From Felis catus (taxonomy: Eukaryota), in contig NC_058383.1 of assembly GCF_018350175.1 (NCBI RefSeq), forward strand, positions 25,980,001 to 26,044,000: a stretch of 64,000 bases of DNA, written 5' to 3'. Position numbers and translations under genes: made by a program. Positions within the stretch are counted from its first letter, which is position 1; each line of letters begins with the position of its first letter. Of the stretch, positions 1-11,861 are shown one piece after another. The notes beneath the pieces were generated by a model. It worked only from the letters and a program-made list of their open reading frames with translations. It was not told the origin of the DNA and did no database searches.

Positions 1-1631
1 CTTGTGTTACATTAGGCCACTGAGATATGGAGGTTCACTTGTTACTGCAGTATCACCTAGCCTTGCCCTGACTAATACACCATGTTTGCTTGGAAGCCAT
101 GGGGCAGCCATCTGCTGCTATGAGCATGGAGAAGCAAGAAAATCCATCTGCAGGGGGAAAAATAAGATAGAGAACCAGAGAGGTAGTGACAAGAGGCTCC
201 GCGGAAAAGAGGGAGGCAGAGGACAGTTGGTAGCCGTCTGGGCGATTCTTTAGCTCTTGGTTCCAGGCTGCTGTGCCCTTGGGTTCAGGGTAGTGCCCCC
301 GTATCCTGCAACAGAGTCCCCATTTGCAACTTAAGCCAGCTCAAGTGACATTCAGATGGAAGAGCTTTGGTGAAAATGCTCAGCAAGTCCATTCGTACCA
401 GCCAAGGTTGGCTGAGGATATGCAGACCAAGGCTCCCTGTCGCCCTAATTCAAAACGTGTCCTTTCCGAACTGAGGAATAGATGTGGACTAATAGACTTT
501 GCGGGGCACCGAACTCTGGTCTCAGAGCCAGAAGGTCCCTGAACCAAGGGCCAAGAGGCAGGACACCGCGATGGCAACTGCCATCACACGGCCCTCTGAG
601 GATTTCAAAACATCAGCACTGGGTCCACACACCTATGTTCTTTATCCCCATGTTACAGTCAGGGAAGCGGATATAGGAAGGGGGAACGCCCAAGGGCACT
701 CTACTAATAAGCAATTGAGCTACAGCCTCTAGACTCAGGTTGAGCTGGTGAGGACACCAAGTAACTCGTGCAGAGCACATCCCACAGGTGCTGGCTGTTG
801 GGTCTAGGCACTTCAGATACATTAAGTTACAACTCTAAGAAGCAGGTACCATGCAGCATCCTCATTCTACAGATAAGTAAACTCAGGCACAGAGCTGGTA
901 AGCACCTTGCCCCAAATCACAGAACTGCCACATGGTAGAGCTGAGATTCAAACTCAGGCAGTCTGGCTCCAGAGTCTGTCTTACTCGCAATGTTATGCTG
1001 CCTCTCTAAACGCCATCCCAGAAGACGCAAACCCACCTGCCTCCGGGGGCCAGGCCAGTAGTGTTTATGAGTCAATCGGGAAAGGGAGGACTGTGTACCC
1101 TGGATGGCGCGTGCCCTGGTTAACTGCAGGAAGGTGGACTCACAATTATCAGGTGGAATTAAAAACAAAAAAAAATCTGACTTATATGTGAAACTTACCC
1201 ATTTTTAAGAGTTGGCAAGTGAGTCATGTTTTTTAAAAGCGTATTTTTTGAATGAGTCCTGGGGGCCACAGCAAGCCAGCAGAGCAGCGGTATGCAGCTT
1301 CTGCACAAGGTAGGACCCTTATCTATGCAAGGCGGCTTCCCTAGGAGATGGCTCCCGCTGCATTTTATGTCAAATCCCGTCCCCCCACACGATCTGGGTT
1401 TGCTCAGGCATCACAGTGAGAAGACGCCTTCAGAAAACCAGCCCACGGCAACTCCTGTGAGCTCGGCCAACTGCACGGCTGGCACCTTTCCCTGATCAGC
1501 TGGTGCCTCAGGAGGAATGAGCACAATGTGCGGCTTGGGAATTAATCAAAGAGCAGCCACCAAGACGAACCTCACTTGGAAGAAGGAACGAAAGCATGAT
1601 CCTCCCTGTGCTCAGCAAATGACTTGCTCAC

Positions 1632-1705
1632 CTCCTCAAAGTCATCCAGCTCCTCCAGCCTGGTCCGAACCTTCTCCGACATGGCGGACGTGGCAGTCGC
1701 TTTGC
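1632..1705 (-). CDS. VPS35L: VPS35L coding exon 6 (74 nt; GKATATSAMSEKVRTRLEELDDFEE); gene continues beyond the left window edge
   Basis: tttag|GC acceptor and GAG|gtgagc donor; phase matches exon 5; peptide matches recalled VPS35L N-terminal region. Confidence 0.95.
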
Positions 1706-2981
1706 CTAAACAGAATAGATTCATGTCACACAGAATGGATTTCTCGGACACCAACTCCCCCCCAGGGAAAGGCATCTTTCACTCTATGCTTTGTTGTGAA
1801 TAAAGAGGCCAGGGAACAATTTCATTACAGACAGCTCCACGATTTTGAAAACAACGTCCTTACATAACCAAAGTTCCACCGGAAACATTTTTGTTTAAAA
1901 GCTGCCCCCCCTAGCTCGGTGGGGCCAGCCTCCATGGTTCCACTCCATTTGGTATTACAAACTTTTCCCTGCATCACTCGCTTGCTAAAGAAAGGCAGTC
2001 CAGAGGGGATGCCAAAAATCCATCATGTGATTGTTTTCTACCAACAAAAGGCCCTCTCAGGCTCGCACTCAGTGCAGGACCGAAGCACTCTGATACCACT
2101 ACAACCACGTCACTGTGTGCCCAGAACGAGGGCTTCAAAGGCCTCTCTTCAAGAAAACAGGGCTGGCCACGCCTCCTTCCATCACCTGTCAGAGATGAAG
2201 GGACACCCTCTGGGCTGTGGGCCAACCACAGGGCGAGGCTATCTGTCCAGCTGGCTCTCTAGTGACTCTTATCTCAGAACCCTGTCCCCATCTGAAAGGG
2301 GCTTCTGTTCTAGCTCTGAGGTCCCTCTGCTCCCACCCACCAAACTCAGGAATGAAAGTTCATTCTTTTAAGGCACTAGCGTCTTAGATCTGTTGCGAAC
2401 TCACCGATTTGTCTGGGATCAGCTGAGAGCAAGGCACAGTTATTTATTTGCTAAAAAAACAACTATTTAAGTTTCCCAGTACTGGTTTCTGTTTTTGTTT
2501 TTTTACCTCATTTCCACTTTTCCTCTTATTTTGAAATATGTACAGAAAGTGCACATATGTACATTTTAACAGATAATCATAACCTTTGTAACCACCACCT
2601 TGCTCATATACTGTCTTACTTCTTTTGTTAACCATTATCTTTAGTTCATGAATTTTACCCTTGTTGTTGCACAGAGCTGTTTCCCTGTTTATTCTTTTCC
2701 ACTGTATTAATACAGCACAATGTACTTCTTATTCTGTTGACGGATGTCTGGGTTGTTTCCTGTTTGGAGCTACAGTAAATAATGCTGCTGTGAACATTTG
2801 TGTTTTCTGGTTTGTATACACATACATTTCTTCAGGGCAGCAGGCAGCGCTTCTCAAACTTTCAGAGGAGTCACTTACAGATGAATTAACACACACAGAC
2901 TGATTTTTAGTAGGCCTGGCAGGGCCTGGGACTCTGCCTTACTACTGCAGCTGGCCCTTGGACCACACTTTAAGAAAAACA

Positions 2982-3455
2982 AGGGGACACCTGGGTGGTT
3001 CAGTCAGTTGGGCATCCGACTTCAGCTCAGGTCATGAGCTCACAGCTTGTGAGTTTGAGCCCCACCTCGGGCTCTGTGCTGACAGCTCAGAGCCTGGAGC
3101 CTGCTTCGGATTCTGTGTCTCCCTCTCTTTCTGCCCCTCCCCCACCCACATTCTATCTCAAAACAAACAAACAAACAAACAAAAAAACATGGATTTGGGT
3201 AGAGTTGGAAAAACACTTTCCCTAAAGGGTCAGATAGAAATATTTTACATTTATGGGGTGCCTGGGTGGCTCAGTTGGTTAAGCATCAGACTCTGGATAT
3301 CGGCTCAGGTCATGATCTCACAATTCACGAGACTGAGCCCCGTGACCGGCTCTGTGCTGACAGCACAGAACTTGCTCGGGATTCTCTCTCTCCCTCTCTC
3401 TGCCCCTCCCCCACTTATTCATACGCATGCTCGCTCTCAAAATAAACTTCATAAA
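2982..3455 (+). mobile_element. Two CAN-SINEs (~2982-3190 and ~3256-3455); the second interrupts a MER58-like relic
   Basis: GGGG(C)ACCTGGGTGG..TCAG head, GCTCAGGTCATGA core, CT-rich tract and A-rich tail. Confidence 0.85.
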
Positions 3456-4633
3456 TATTTTAGGTTTTGTGAGTCACGTGGTTTCTCTCACACCTACTCA
3501 ACTCTGCCATTACAGCACAAAAGCAACCACAAACAATAAATATGTGAACAAACTGGCCTGGCTGTGTTCCAATAAAACTTTACTTCCAAACTTAAACAGG
3601 GGGCCAGATCTTGCCCTCCAGGATGTAGTTTGCTAATTTCTGATCTAGAGTATATCCTAGTAGAATTGTCGGGTCCAAGGCTTGGCCCAACTTCAATTTT
3701 AACAGATAACGCAAAAGTGCTCTTTACACGGTGGCTTTATCGTTTTAACCTCCTACTGGCAACATAAGCCTTCCTGCTGCTCTACATTCCCACCAGCAAG
3801 CGATCTCGTCCATCTTTCTGATCTCTCCAAACTGGTGGCTATCCAACAGTAGGATTTACTTTTTCACGGTTTGGGGTCAAAGTTATGGCCCTCACAAGGT
3901 GCTCCCACTCTATTGATTACTCAGGTGCTGCCCCCACCTGCAGACAACGGGGGAGAGTCGCAGCTGCCATACTCGCGATTTGCACGTAAACCACAGCTAT
4001 GCTCATCTGTACCCCGTGGGTACCTGAGCTGTGTCCGTTGCCTCAGAATCGCCTAGGAGCCTCAAAACAAAACAAAACAAAACAAAAAAACACCAATTCC
4101 TGGGTCCCATTCCTCAAGATACATTCAACAGTGGAACAGGGCCCCATGGTCTTTATGTCTATAAAGGTTGCACAGCTAGTCTGAGGCACGCTGGTCAGAG
4201 CTTCTGACCGTGTATCCAGGCTGAAGAAACAGCACTGCCATGTTGCCGTGTTCAGGGACCCGTGGCCGGTAAGACTGTGGCTCCCATCCCTAGCGTGTCT
4301 GCCTTCTCACAAGGGATAAAGACTTAAAGCAAAGTAAAGGATCTCTAAAAAGGAGAATTTTAACCATTCTACAGCTGCTGAGGAGGGGACGGGGAGCAGA
4401 TGCTACTGCTCTGTCTAAATTCAAACAGTGAGCTCATGTTGTACTTTTAATAACTTTTGTCTTTTTCCCCCCATTCATCACATGAGTATGTATTTCAGTT
4501 CTGCTAAGTCTGTACACAATCTAGGAAGTAACAGCTTTAATGGAATTAAACACCAGTCTGGATACTGCAAACTTTTTTATACTAAAGGTAATGAGCCAAT
4601 TCCCCATCAAGAGTAACAACAACCCAAACTCAC

Positions 4634-4658
4634 CTTTTTCAGATCCCATAAACAGATT
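4634..4658 (-). CDS. VPS35L: VPS35L coding exon 5 (25-nt micro-exon; NLFMGSEK-G)
   Basis: ctgcag|AAT...AAAG|gtgagt; fills exactly the gap between KLSI (exon 4) and GKA (exon 6) with correct phases. Confidence 0.93.
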
Positions 4659-4967
4659 CTGCAGAGGCAAGTAACAATTTGTTAGTATTTTTTAAAACTT
4701 AATAACGTTTCTATGACAAAAAAAAAAACTTGTAAGATACTTAAATATTCAAGTTACACTAAGGCCACATGATCTGTTATTTTCCAGCAAAGCTACTTAC
4801 TTATCCAAATGCAAAACAATTATTTCATCTAAGGAGGAAAACACAGCTCACCAAAAACTACCGAAGATTCAAATTTCCACTCAGCTCAGGACACCCAAAG
4901 TGAGCCCACAAAGAGCAAAATTTTGAGGACAACGGCGTCAGGAGGTAGCAGTTAGCTTACTCTACGT

Positions 4968-5177
4968 CAGGGCTTCACAATCTGGGCACTACTGATGTTA
5001 CGCGCAGGGAAACCCGGTTGCGTGGGGGCGGTCCTGTACATGGAGGGTGTTAGCAGCGACTGCTCTCTACCCACTACATTGCCAGCAACGCCTCCACAGT
5101 GCAACAACCAACACTGCCTCCAGACATTGCCATGTGTCCGCTGGGGGGTAAAATTACTCCTGGCTGCAAAATCACTG
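4968..5177. mobile_element. MER20-like hAT DNA transposon relic
   Basis: CAGGGCTTCACAATCTGGGCACTACTGA start and CTCCAGACATTGCCA..GGGGG..AAAATTACTCC..CACTG end resemble recalled MER20. Confidence 0.65.
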
Positions 5178-6140
5178 CTCTAAATTAACTCTGTGCATTC
5201 AGAAAATCAGAACCAAACTACCGGTCCAGCAACTCTGCCTGCACACTGCTCACCTAGCGCAAACCCTGAGAGGAAGTGGGGAGGAGAGGCGTCGTCACAG
5301 AGCCTTCCTGGTTGCCCCCCGAGTTCACCCCTTCCTCCGTACTCACAGCCCCGATTTCTGATGGGCACATTTGTCGCATTTCCCAGCATCCCCTCCATCT
5401 GCATATGGCCCATGACGACCTTCAAGACAAATGCGGGTGTGTGGGTGGGGACACTGGGAGGACAAATGCGGCTGGGTGTGTGGATGGGGACACTGGGAGG
5501 GTTCCTCATATGAGCGAGGGTGCATCCTACTTTCCCTTTTCCTCCTCCAACAACTTGGACGTGAGGTGACCCTGAACACAGCAGGGCAGCAGGACAGGAA
5601 GAGCCAGACCCCTGATGACTCTGGAGCCGCCACGCCAGCCTGAACTACCCACCCCTCGACTTCCTTTCAGGGCCAAGAGAGGAACGTCACTGTGGCATAC
5701 GTCATCACGTCATCAGTGAGGGCTTCGGTCAGAAGCTCCCAGCTCTCGTCCTCAGTAACCCAGGCATTCCCCTGTTCTCCCTGGCCGGCTCAACTCAGAG
5801 TCTTTCATCACGTGAGCAACCTACCCCCACACATCGTCGGCCTCATCTCCCTTACATCCCCAGGCACAAGCCAACGACTTGGTCCAGAGGCCACCCAGTG
5901 AACTTGAGGCCATGGAAGAAAACTGGAGCCACAGGAAGAAGTAAACCTTCTTTGGGGCGTCAGTCTCCTCACTTCCCAACTCAAACCTCCCCAGAGATGG
6001 GCTCCGATTCTTTCTCTGAACGGTGCCAGATCCTGGATTCTTAACACATTTTTTTGAGAAACCAACCGGCACATTTGCTCCCAACTAACATGGACATAAT
6101 GAGCCAAACTCACAGAGCCCAGGAGTTGGGCAACATTAGC

Positions 6141-6860
6141 TGTGATATTGTGATTTATAAGAAATATATATTGCGTCTTGATCCTGTTCCTGGCCCAGAA
6201 GCTCCTACTACCCTTGGAATGTCTTAAGCCCTCAGAGTGGTCAAGGAGACTTTGTTAAGTTAATCAAGTGACTTCTGGACACACCTAAGGAGGGGGACTG
6301 GTTTCCAGGGGAAACAAACATTTGATTGCAGGGCTGGAACCTTCAGTGCCACTCCTGACCTCCAGGGAGGGGAGAGGGGGGTGAAAGATTGAATCAATCA
6401 CGTCTATTTATTAAGGCCTCCCTAAGAACCTAAAAGGACTGGGTTCAGAGAGCTTCCTGACTGGTAAGACAGAATGTCCATGCCATCCGGCAGGACCCCA
6501 AACCCCAAGGGGACAGAAGGTCTTCTGTTCAGAACCTCGCTCTCTGTCTCTCTCCAAGTGGATGTTGATTTGCAGCCTTTAATATCCTCGTAATCTTGTG
6601 AGTAAACGGATTTCCTGAGTTTTGTGAGCCACTTAGCAAATTGACCGAACCCAAGGAGGGGGTCATGAGAGTCTGATGCACAGCCAGACGGTCAGAAGCA
6701 CAGGTGACAACATGGACTCACAGCGGACATGTGAAGTGGGAGAGAAGGTTGAGGGACTAGGCGCCTGACTTGCAGGAATGGACATGAGCTCCAGGGATCT
6801 GGGTGTCAGAACTGAGTTGAGCTGCAGGACACCCAGCTGGTGTCAGAGAATTGTTTGGCG
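6141..6860 (+). mobile_element. Old MER21-like LTR
   Basis: Begins TGTGATATTGTGATTTATAAGAAATATATATTG and ends near AGGACACCCAGCTGGTGTC, resembling the recalled MER21 consensus. Confidence 0.7.
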
Positions 6861-6968
6861 TGGGGGGTGGGGAGATCCTGTACAGGCACCTGGGGGCAGA
6901 ATCCTAACAAAAAGAAATCCCTACCAGATGGGAAGCAGGCCCTGGGAGAAGAGTGCGCTGGTACTCAC

Positions 6969-7091
6969 GATAGACAGCTTCTCTGTGGTCGTGTACCGGG
7001 CAAGGATTTCTCCTCGTTTGCTGGCCCAGGGCTCAAAGTCTGATCCTACGATGGAGTTCTCATCTCGGTCTCGTCTCTTTCTAGAGCTGTC
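6969..7091 (-). CDS. VPS35L: VPS35L coding exon 4 (123 nt; [41 protein letters not shown])
   Basis: tttccatag|GAC acceptor, ATC|gtgagt donor, phase 0/0; peptide recognised. Confidence 0.96.
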
Positions 7092-7154
7092 CTATGGAAA
7101 GGCAAGACAAGCTCTCAGCAGCAGTATCCTTTTCATCTTTAAAAAGAAAGTATA

Positions 7155-7304
7155 GGGACACCAGGGTGGCTCAGTTAAGCGTCTGACTTCAGCTCAGGTC
7201 ATGATCTCATGGTTCGAGAGTCTGAGCCCCGCATTGGGGTCTGTCTGTACTGACAGCTCAGAGCCTGGAGCTACTTCAGATTCTGTCTCCCTCTCTCTCT
7301 ATGC

Positions 7305-7335
<31 letters not shown>

Positions 7336-7996
7336 AAAAATAAATAAAATGCTAAAAAATTTTTTTGAAAACCACAAAGTATAGGGGCTCCTGGGTGGCT
7401 CAGTTAAGGTCTGACTTTTCATCTCAGTTCAGGTCATGATCTCCTGGTTCGTGAGTTTGAGCCCCCACATCAGGCTCTGTGCTGACAGTGCAGAGCCTGT
7501 TTGGGATTCTGTCTCTCCTTCTCTCTCTGACCCTCTCCTGCTCGCTCTCTCCCTCTCAAAATAAAAACAAACAAAAACTACAAGCAAACACAATAGTTGA
7601 TAACATGGCAGGGTAAAATTGATTATGTGCTAGGAAAGCAGAACTTAAATGTTCTCATCAAATTAAAAAAATGTAAATACGTGAGGTGATGGGTGTACTA
7701 ACTCGATGGGGGAATGGTTTCACAGGTGCATACAAATACCAGGTCATTACGTTGACACTCTAAAAGTCTCACAATTTCCTCTGTCAATTTTATCTCATAA
7801 AGCTAAAGAAAAGGGGCGCCCGGGTGGCTCAGTTGGTTAAGCATCTGACTCTTGGTTTCGGCTCAGGTCATGACCCCAGAGTTCTGGGTTCAGGTCCCAC
7901 ATCAGGCTCTGCGTTTACGGTGCAGAGCCAGCCTCACATTCTATCTCCCTCTCTCTCTCCTTCTCTCCCTCAAAATAAATGGATAAACTTAAAGAA
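7155..7996 (+). mobile_element. Three CAN-SINEs (~7155-7365, 7384-7575, 7813-7996)
   Basis: SINE heads and tails; TSDs AAAGTATA and AAAGCTAAAGAAAAGG. Confidence 0.9.
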
Positions 7997-8628
7997 AAGC
8001 TAAAGAAAAGGAAGTATAAGCAAAGGCAGACCGTCCCCCAGTGCAGAATAAAATAGGTCTAAAGGTTTACTAGATAACATTTTTTCAGGCCAATTCACCC
8101 CAAAGGGCCAATAAACAGATCAAAAGACACTCAGACTCACTAAGAATCAAGGAAAGGCAAACGATCATCTTTCAACCACCAAAATGGCAAAGTTACAATG
8201 ACTGGTAATGTCCCAGCTGGCAAGGAGGCAGGACAACAGACACTCTGAAGTTCTGCTGGGGGTGGTATAAATGGTGAAGGCTTTTTGGAGAATGATTTGG
8301 GAGTAGCCATCAAAACCTTAAACACACATTGCCTAGCCCAGCGTTTAACTCTTCTACGTGAGAAACCAGCGGTTTGCTTACAGAATTACATAAAAATAAA
8401 TTGAAAAAAAAAAAAAGAATAATAAAGGGTGAAATTAAAATCAAGAATGAATTTTAAAATGCTTTAATAAAGAAAAGAAGAAGCTTCCAGGATCTGCACT
8501 AGCCTCTCACAAAGGGGGTGGGGGGGTGGGGAGAGGAGGGCTCCGTAAGGGGGACCCTGTGGGTGTCTGGATCCTGAAAACTGTCGCAACGACAATGTGG
8601 GATCTGTGCCATTTGGAAACAGAAAGGT

Positions 8629-8830
8629 GGGGGCACCCTGGGAGGCTCAGTCAGTTAAGCAACCGACTTCGGCTCAGGCCATGATCTCACAGCTCTTGAG
8701 TTCAAGCCCCGCATCCAGCTCTGTGACAGCTCGGAGCCTGGAGCCTGCTTCAGATTCTGTGTCTCCCTCTCTCTCTGCCCCACCCCCACTTGTGCTCTGT
8801 CTCTCAAAATGAATAGATGTTAAAAAAAAA
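8629..8830 (+). mobile_element. CAN-SINE ending ~80 nt from the VPS35L exon 3 donor
   Basis: Typical head, core and tail. Confidence 0.9.
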
Positions 8831-8907
8831 TTTTTTTTTTTTTGTAAACAAAAAGAAAAGCCGCCAGCCCTGCCCCCACAGGACTGACCACAAGCAGGGA
8901 GTGTTAC

Positions 8908-9063
8908 CGGGGCTGCAGGGTCAGCCGTGGCCGCGAACATGGAGAGGGGGTCTGTCCCATCCAGCACGCTGCTCAGTGGGTCCACCACGGAGCTGGAAGA
9001 CGAGGAGGACGTGGAGGAAGTACTGCCTTTCCGGCTCACTTTCTTGGTCTTGGACTCTGTGAC
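8908..9063 (-). CDS. VPS35L: VPS35L coding exon 3 (156 nt; [52 protein letters not shown])
   Basis: cccacag|GTC acceptor; phase-0 donor CCG|gtaaca is required to join exon 4; Ser-rich peptide and DPLS motifs visible in ORF 8674..9120. Confidence 0.9.
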
Positions 9064-9839
9064 CTGTGGGGAAAACCCAAGCAGGTAAAGCGGGAATCTC
9101 CTATGACCTTCCCCCAACACTCAATGTGTTTTCCCTCATTCCCTTAGTTGAAGTGACCATTGCTTTGTGGCAGGGACACTTACATTTTGTGACAAACCGA
9201 GAGGACTCGGAATCCCAGCTATGGAGGAAGGGATTAGAAGGTGGGATCGAACTGCACCCTGGTAGGGTCCTCTTACACAAAGCAGTTCCCCAGACAAGCA
9301 GCAGCCACATCACATGGAGCTTGTCAAAAAACACAGACTCTGGAGCTCCACCTTGGATCTACTGCATCGGAAGCTGCGACTCAACACGATCTCCTTCCTT
9401 TTCGAAGAACTTCGAATGCCACATACTGCTGAGCACTGAGGGACAGGTGGGGTGTCAGGGTGTGAAGCCATGTTTTTGTTCCACTGGCCCCCAACACTTT
9501 CTGACTTCAGATGACCAGATCAGGGGTGAACCCCTGAGCCAAGAAGATCCAACCAGTGTTTCTGCTGAAAACGCAGCACAAAATCCAGAAGGGCTGGCTG
9601 GGCTCCACTCTCCTCCTTAAACCAGGAAGCTCTGAAAACCCAGGGGCTGAGGGAAGTAATGGACACTCTGGGCATATCCACAGGAAGGCAGAGAAAACCC
9701 GTCTTCAGAGAGGACAGGATGTGATAGAATGAAAGAAAGGGCTGGATAAAAGAGAACTTGACCAGCCTTTGTCCTGGTTCTGGGAAAGGAGGGTCCGGTC
9801 CTTGGAGTGTCTGTCATTTACACGCCCCGCAGTCACACA

Positions 9840-10400
9840 TGACTTGATGGTAACAAGACCAGCATGGGGGCTGGTCGTGAGAAAGACCACTCCTGTGAGC
9901 ACAGTCAGGGGGTATCAGCCTAACCTTAGGGGAGGGAGGCTGGAGATGAGGTCCAGTCATGTGGCCAAGGAATCACTGCATCACGCTGTGTAATGAAACC
10001 CCAACACAAAGTGTGGACACACCAAAGCTCATTGGAGCTTTCCGGCTGGTGGCTGCACCATGTGCCGGGAGGTGATACACTGTTCCATAGGCAGACGGCA
10101 GACAGCTCTGTCTTCAGGACGTTCCCGGGCCTCACCTACCTGTCTCTCATTTGGCTGCTCATTTGTATCCTTCATATGAAACTGTAAACACAGGGCTTCT
10201 GAGTTGTCTGAGCTCTCCTAGCATATTATCAAGCCTGAGGGGAAGTCTGGATTTTCAGACAGTTGATCAGCGGGTGGCCTGGGGTCCCCCAAATATGCAG
10301 TGGGTGTCTGAAGCAAGGACTGCCTTTTTGAAGAGCTTGCCCTAAACCTGTAGGGTCTGACACCAACCCCGGATGATCTGGCAAAGGGCCTCCTGTTGGT
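9840..10400 (+). mobile_element. MER21-like LTR fragment
   Basis: Shares motifs with 6141-6860 and 32680-33710 (GGGCTGG..AGAAAGACC, CTCATTTGGCTGCTCATTTGTATCCTT). Confidence 0.55.
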
Positions 10401-11005
10401 ACACAATTGTCATTCTGTCTGCCTGGCATCTGTCCCCCCTTCTCCCAGGCTTGGCAGTTGTTTTCTTTGGGAAAGCGGCCCTCCCCGACTCTCGGCTCCT
10501 ACAGGCCTGGGTGGGGTGGAGGGGTTCTACCCCAACCCCGTCAGTCAGCACATTCCCTTCCCCGGGGCACCAGCCTGGGTCAGGGAGGGACACAGAACCA
10601 GAAAAGAGAAACTCCCTGCTCTCATGTCACGACAGCTGCAGGATGGAAGCCTGGAGCTGATGTGGCTGGTCTGTGTCCACGGGAGTGAGTTCTCAGACTG
10701 GAAACGACCCACTGGTGTCTCAGTTGTGACTCTACAAGCCCACAGGGCCTGGGGGGGAGGGGGAGGGCAGACACTCCAGCTGTGACCTCCTGCTTTATGC
10801 AATGGCCCCTGGGCATTCTAAGGTATGTGTCTGTCACCCTCACCCCCACCCGTGATGAGAGCCACACAGCTTCTATTATCTGCTGGTGAAACAGTGCTAA
10901 CCCAGAAGAGAGGGACCATCTATATCACTGGCCTGCTTTTCACTTTGCTTTTTAAAGAACTCACACGGATGAAGACGCCATTCAGAACAGCATCTTCAGG
11001 ACAGG

Positions 11006-11477
11006 TGTAAGGGTTAAATTGTAGTGTAGGGCTAATGCTTGGCTTGAAAAATAACAGCTTTGTGTTGACACTGAAGGTTAAGAGATAACAGCCTTGCTTT
11101 GCTCTGGTAAACTACACATCATACCCTTGTAAATTAGGCTTCACCAATTAAGGAAACAAAAGTTCAAAGAAAAGAGCATCAGAGGCAGGGTCAAGGAGAT
11201 CCACTGGTTGCAACTTAGAGGCAGAAAGTCTAAAGTAAACACCTCATTAGGCAACTGTTTCTAACTCATCTGGAAACTGTTTCTTTGTTCTGTTCCCAGG
11301 TGATGATAAAACGATGTGATCGGTTATAAAAAGTCTGTACCCCGGCTGTTCGGGGCCGCACTCTTATCAAGAGTGTTGGTCCCGATCGGTCGGCCTTGCC
11401 TCTCATTGTAATAAACTTTGTTGTGACTGTCACTGGTGCCCGTAGCATTCTGTTTCAGGAGTCGTGTGGATGCAACA
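11006..11477 (+). mobile_element. Solo LTR of a class I (gamma-like) ERV, 472 bp
   Basis: TG...CA termini, 4-bp TSD CAGG (11002-11005 and 11478-11481), TATAAAA at 11325, AATAAA at 11410. Confidence 0.88.
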
Positions 11478-11761
11478 CAGGCAAACTTAAGAAGGGGTTT
11501 TGTTTCTACGCCCACATCAGGAGCAAAGGCATCACCCGCTCGTGACAACCTCGCAAATGTGAGAAAGGGCACAAGGAACATGACGGTGGGTGAGGTCAAC
11601 GTCACAAAAACCAGGGCCTGGGAACAAAGTGGCCGATAGAAATGTGCAAAAGCAGCTCCGGCCGGCAAGTGGGAAAGACCCAGGAACCCGGCTTGTCATT
11701 TTGAGGAGTGAGAGGTTAGAGAGGTTAGAGAGGTTAGAGAGGGCCTCGTGACAAAACTTAC

Positions 11762-11861
11762 GGTTATGGGCTTCAGCGGGTGATAGTCCCCAAACTCCAG
11801 TGGCACAGCCTCCAGCCGGCAGGACGCAAACTCTGCCTTGTAGTTCCTCCCCCGGGAGTGC
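11762..11861 (-). CDS. VPS35L: VPS35L coding exon 2 (100 nt; [33 protein letters not shown])
   Basis: ccgccag|G acceptor, ACC|gtaagt donor; 17+100 nt = 39 codons; contains the DYHPL motif. Confidence 0.96.

Noticed and set aside
2958..3539. Recurrent ORFs containing SAQVMIS...[20 protein letters not shown]
   Set aside because: Translations of CAN-SINE copies, seen many times across the window
9066..9620. 184-aa and neighbouring plus-strand intronic ORFs (also 29572..30051)
   Set aside because: No recognisable domain or splice structure; antisense to host introns/exons and partly repeat-derived
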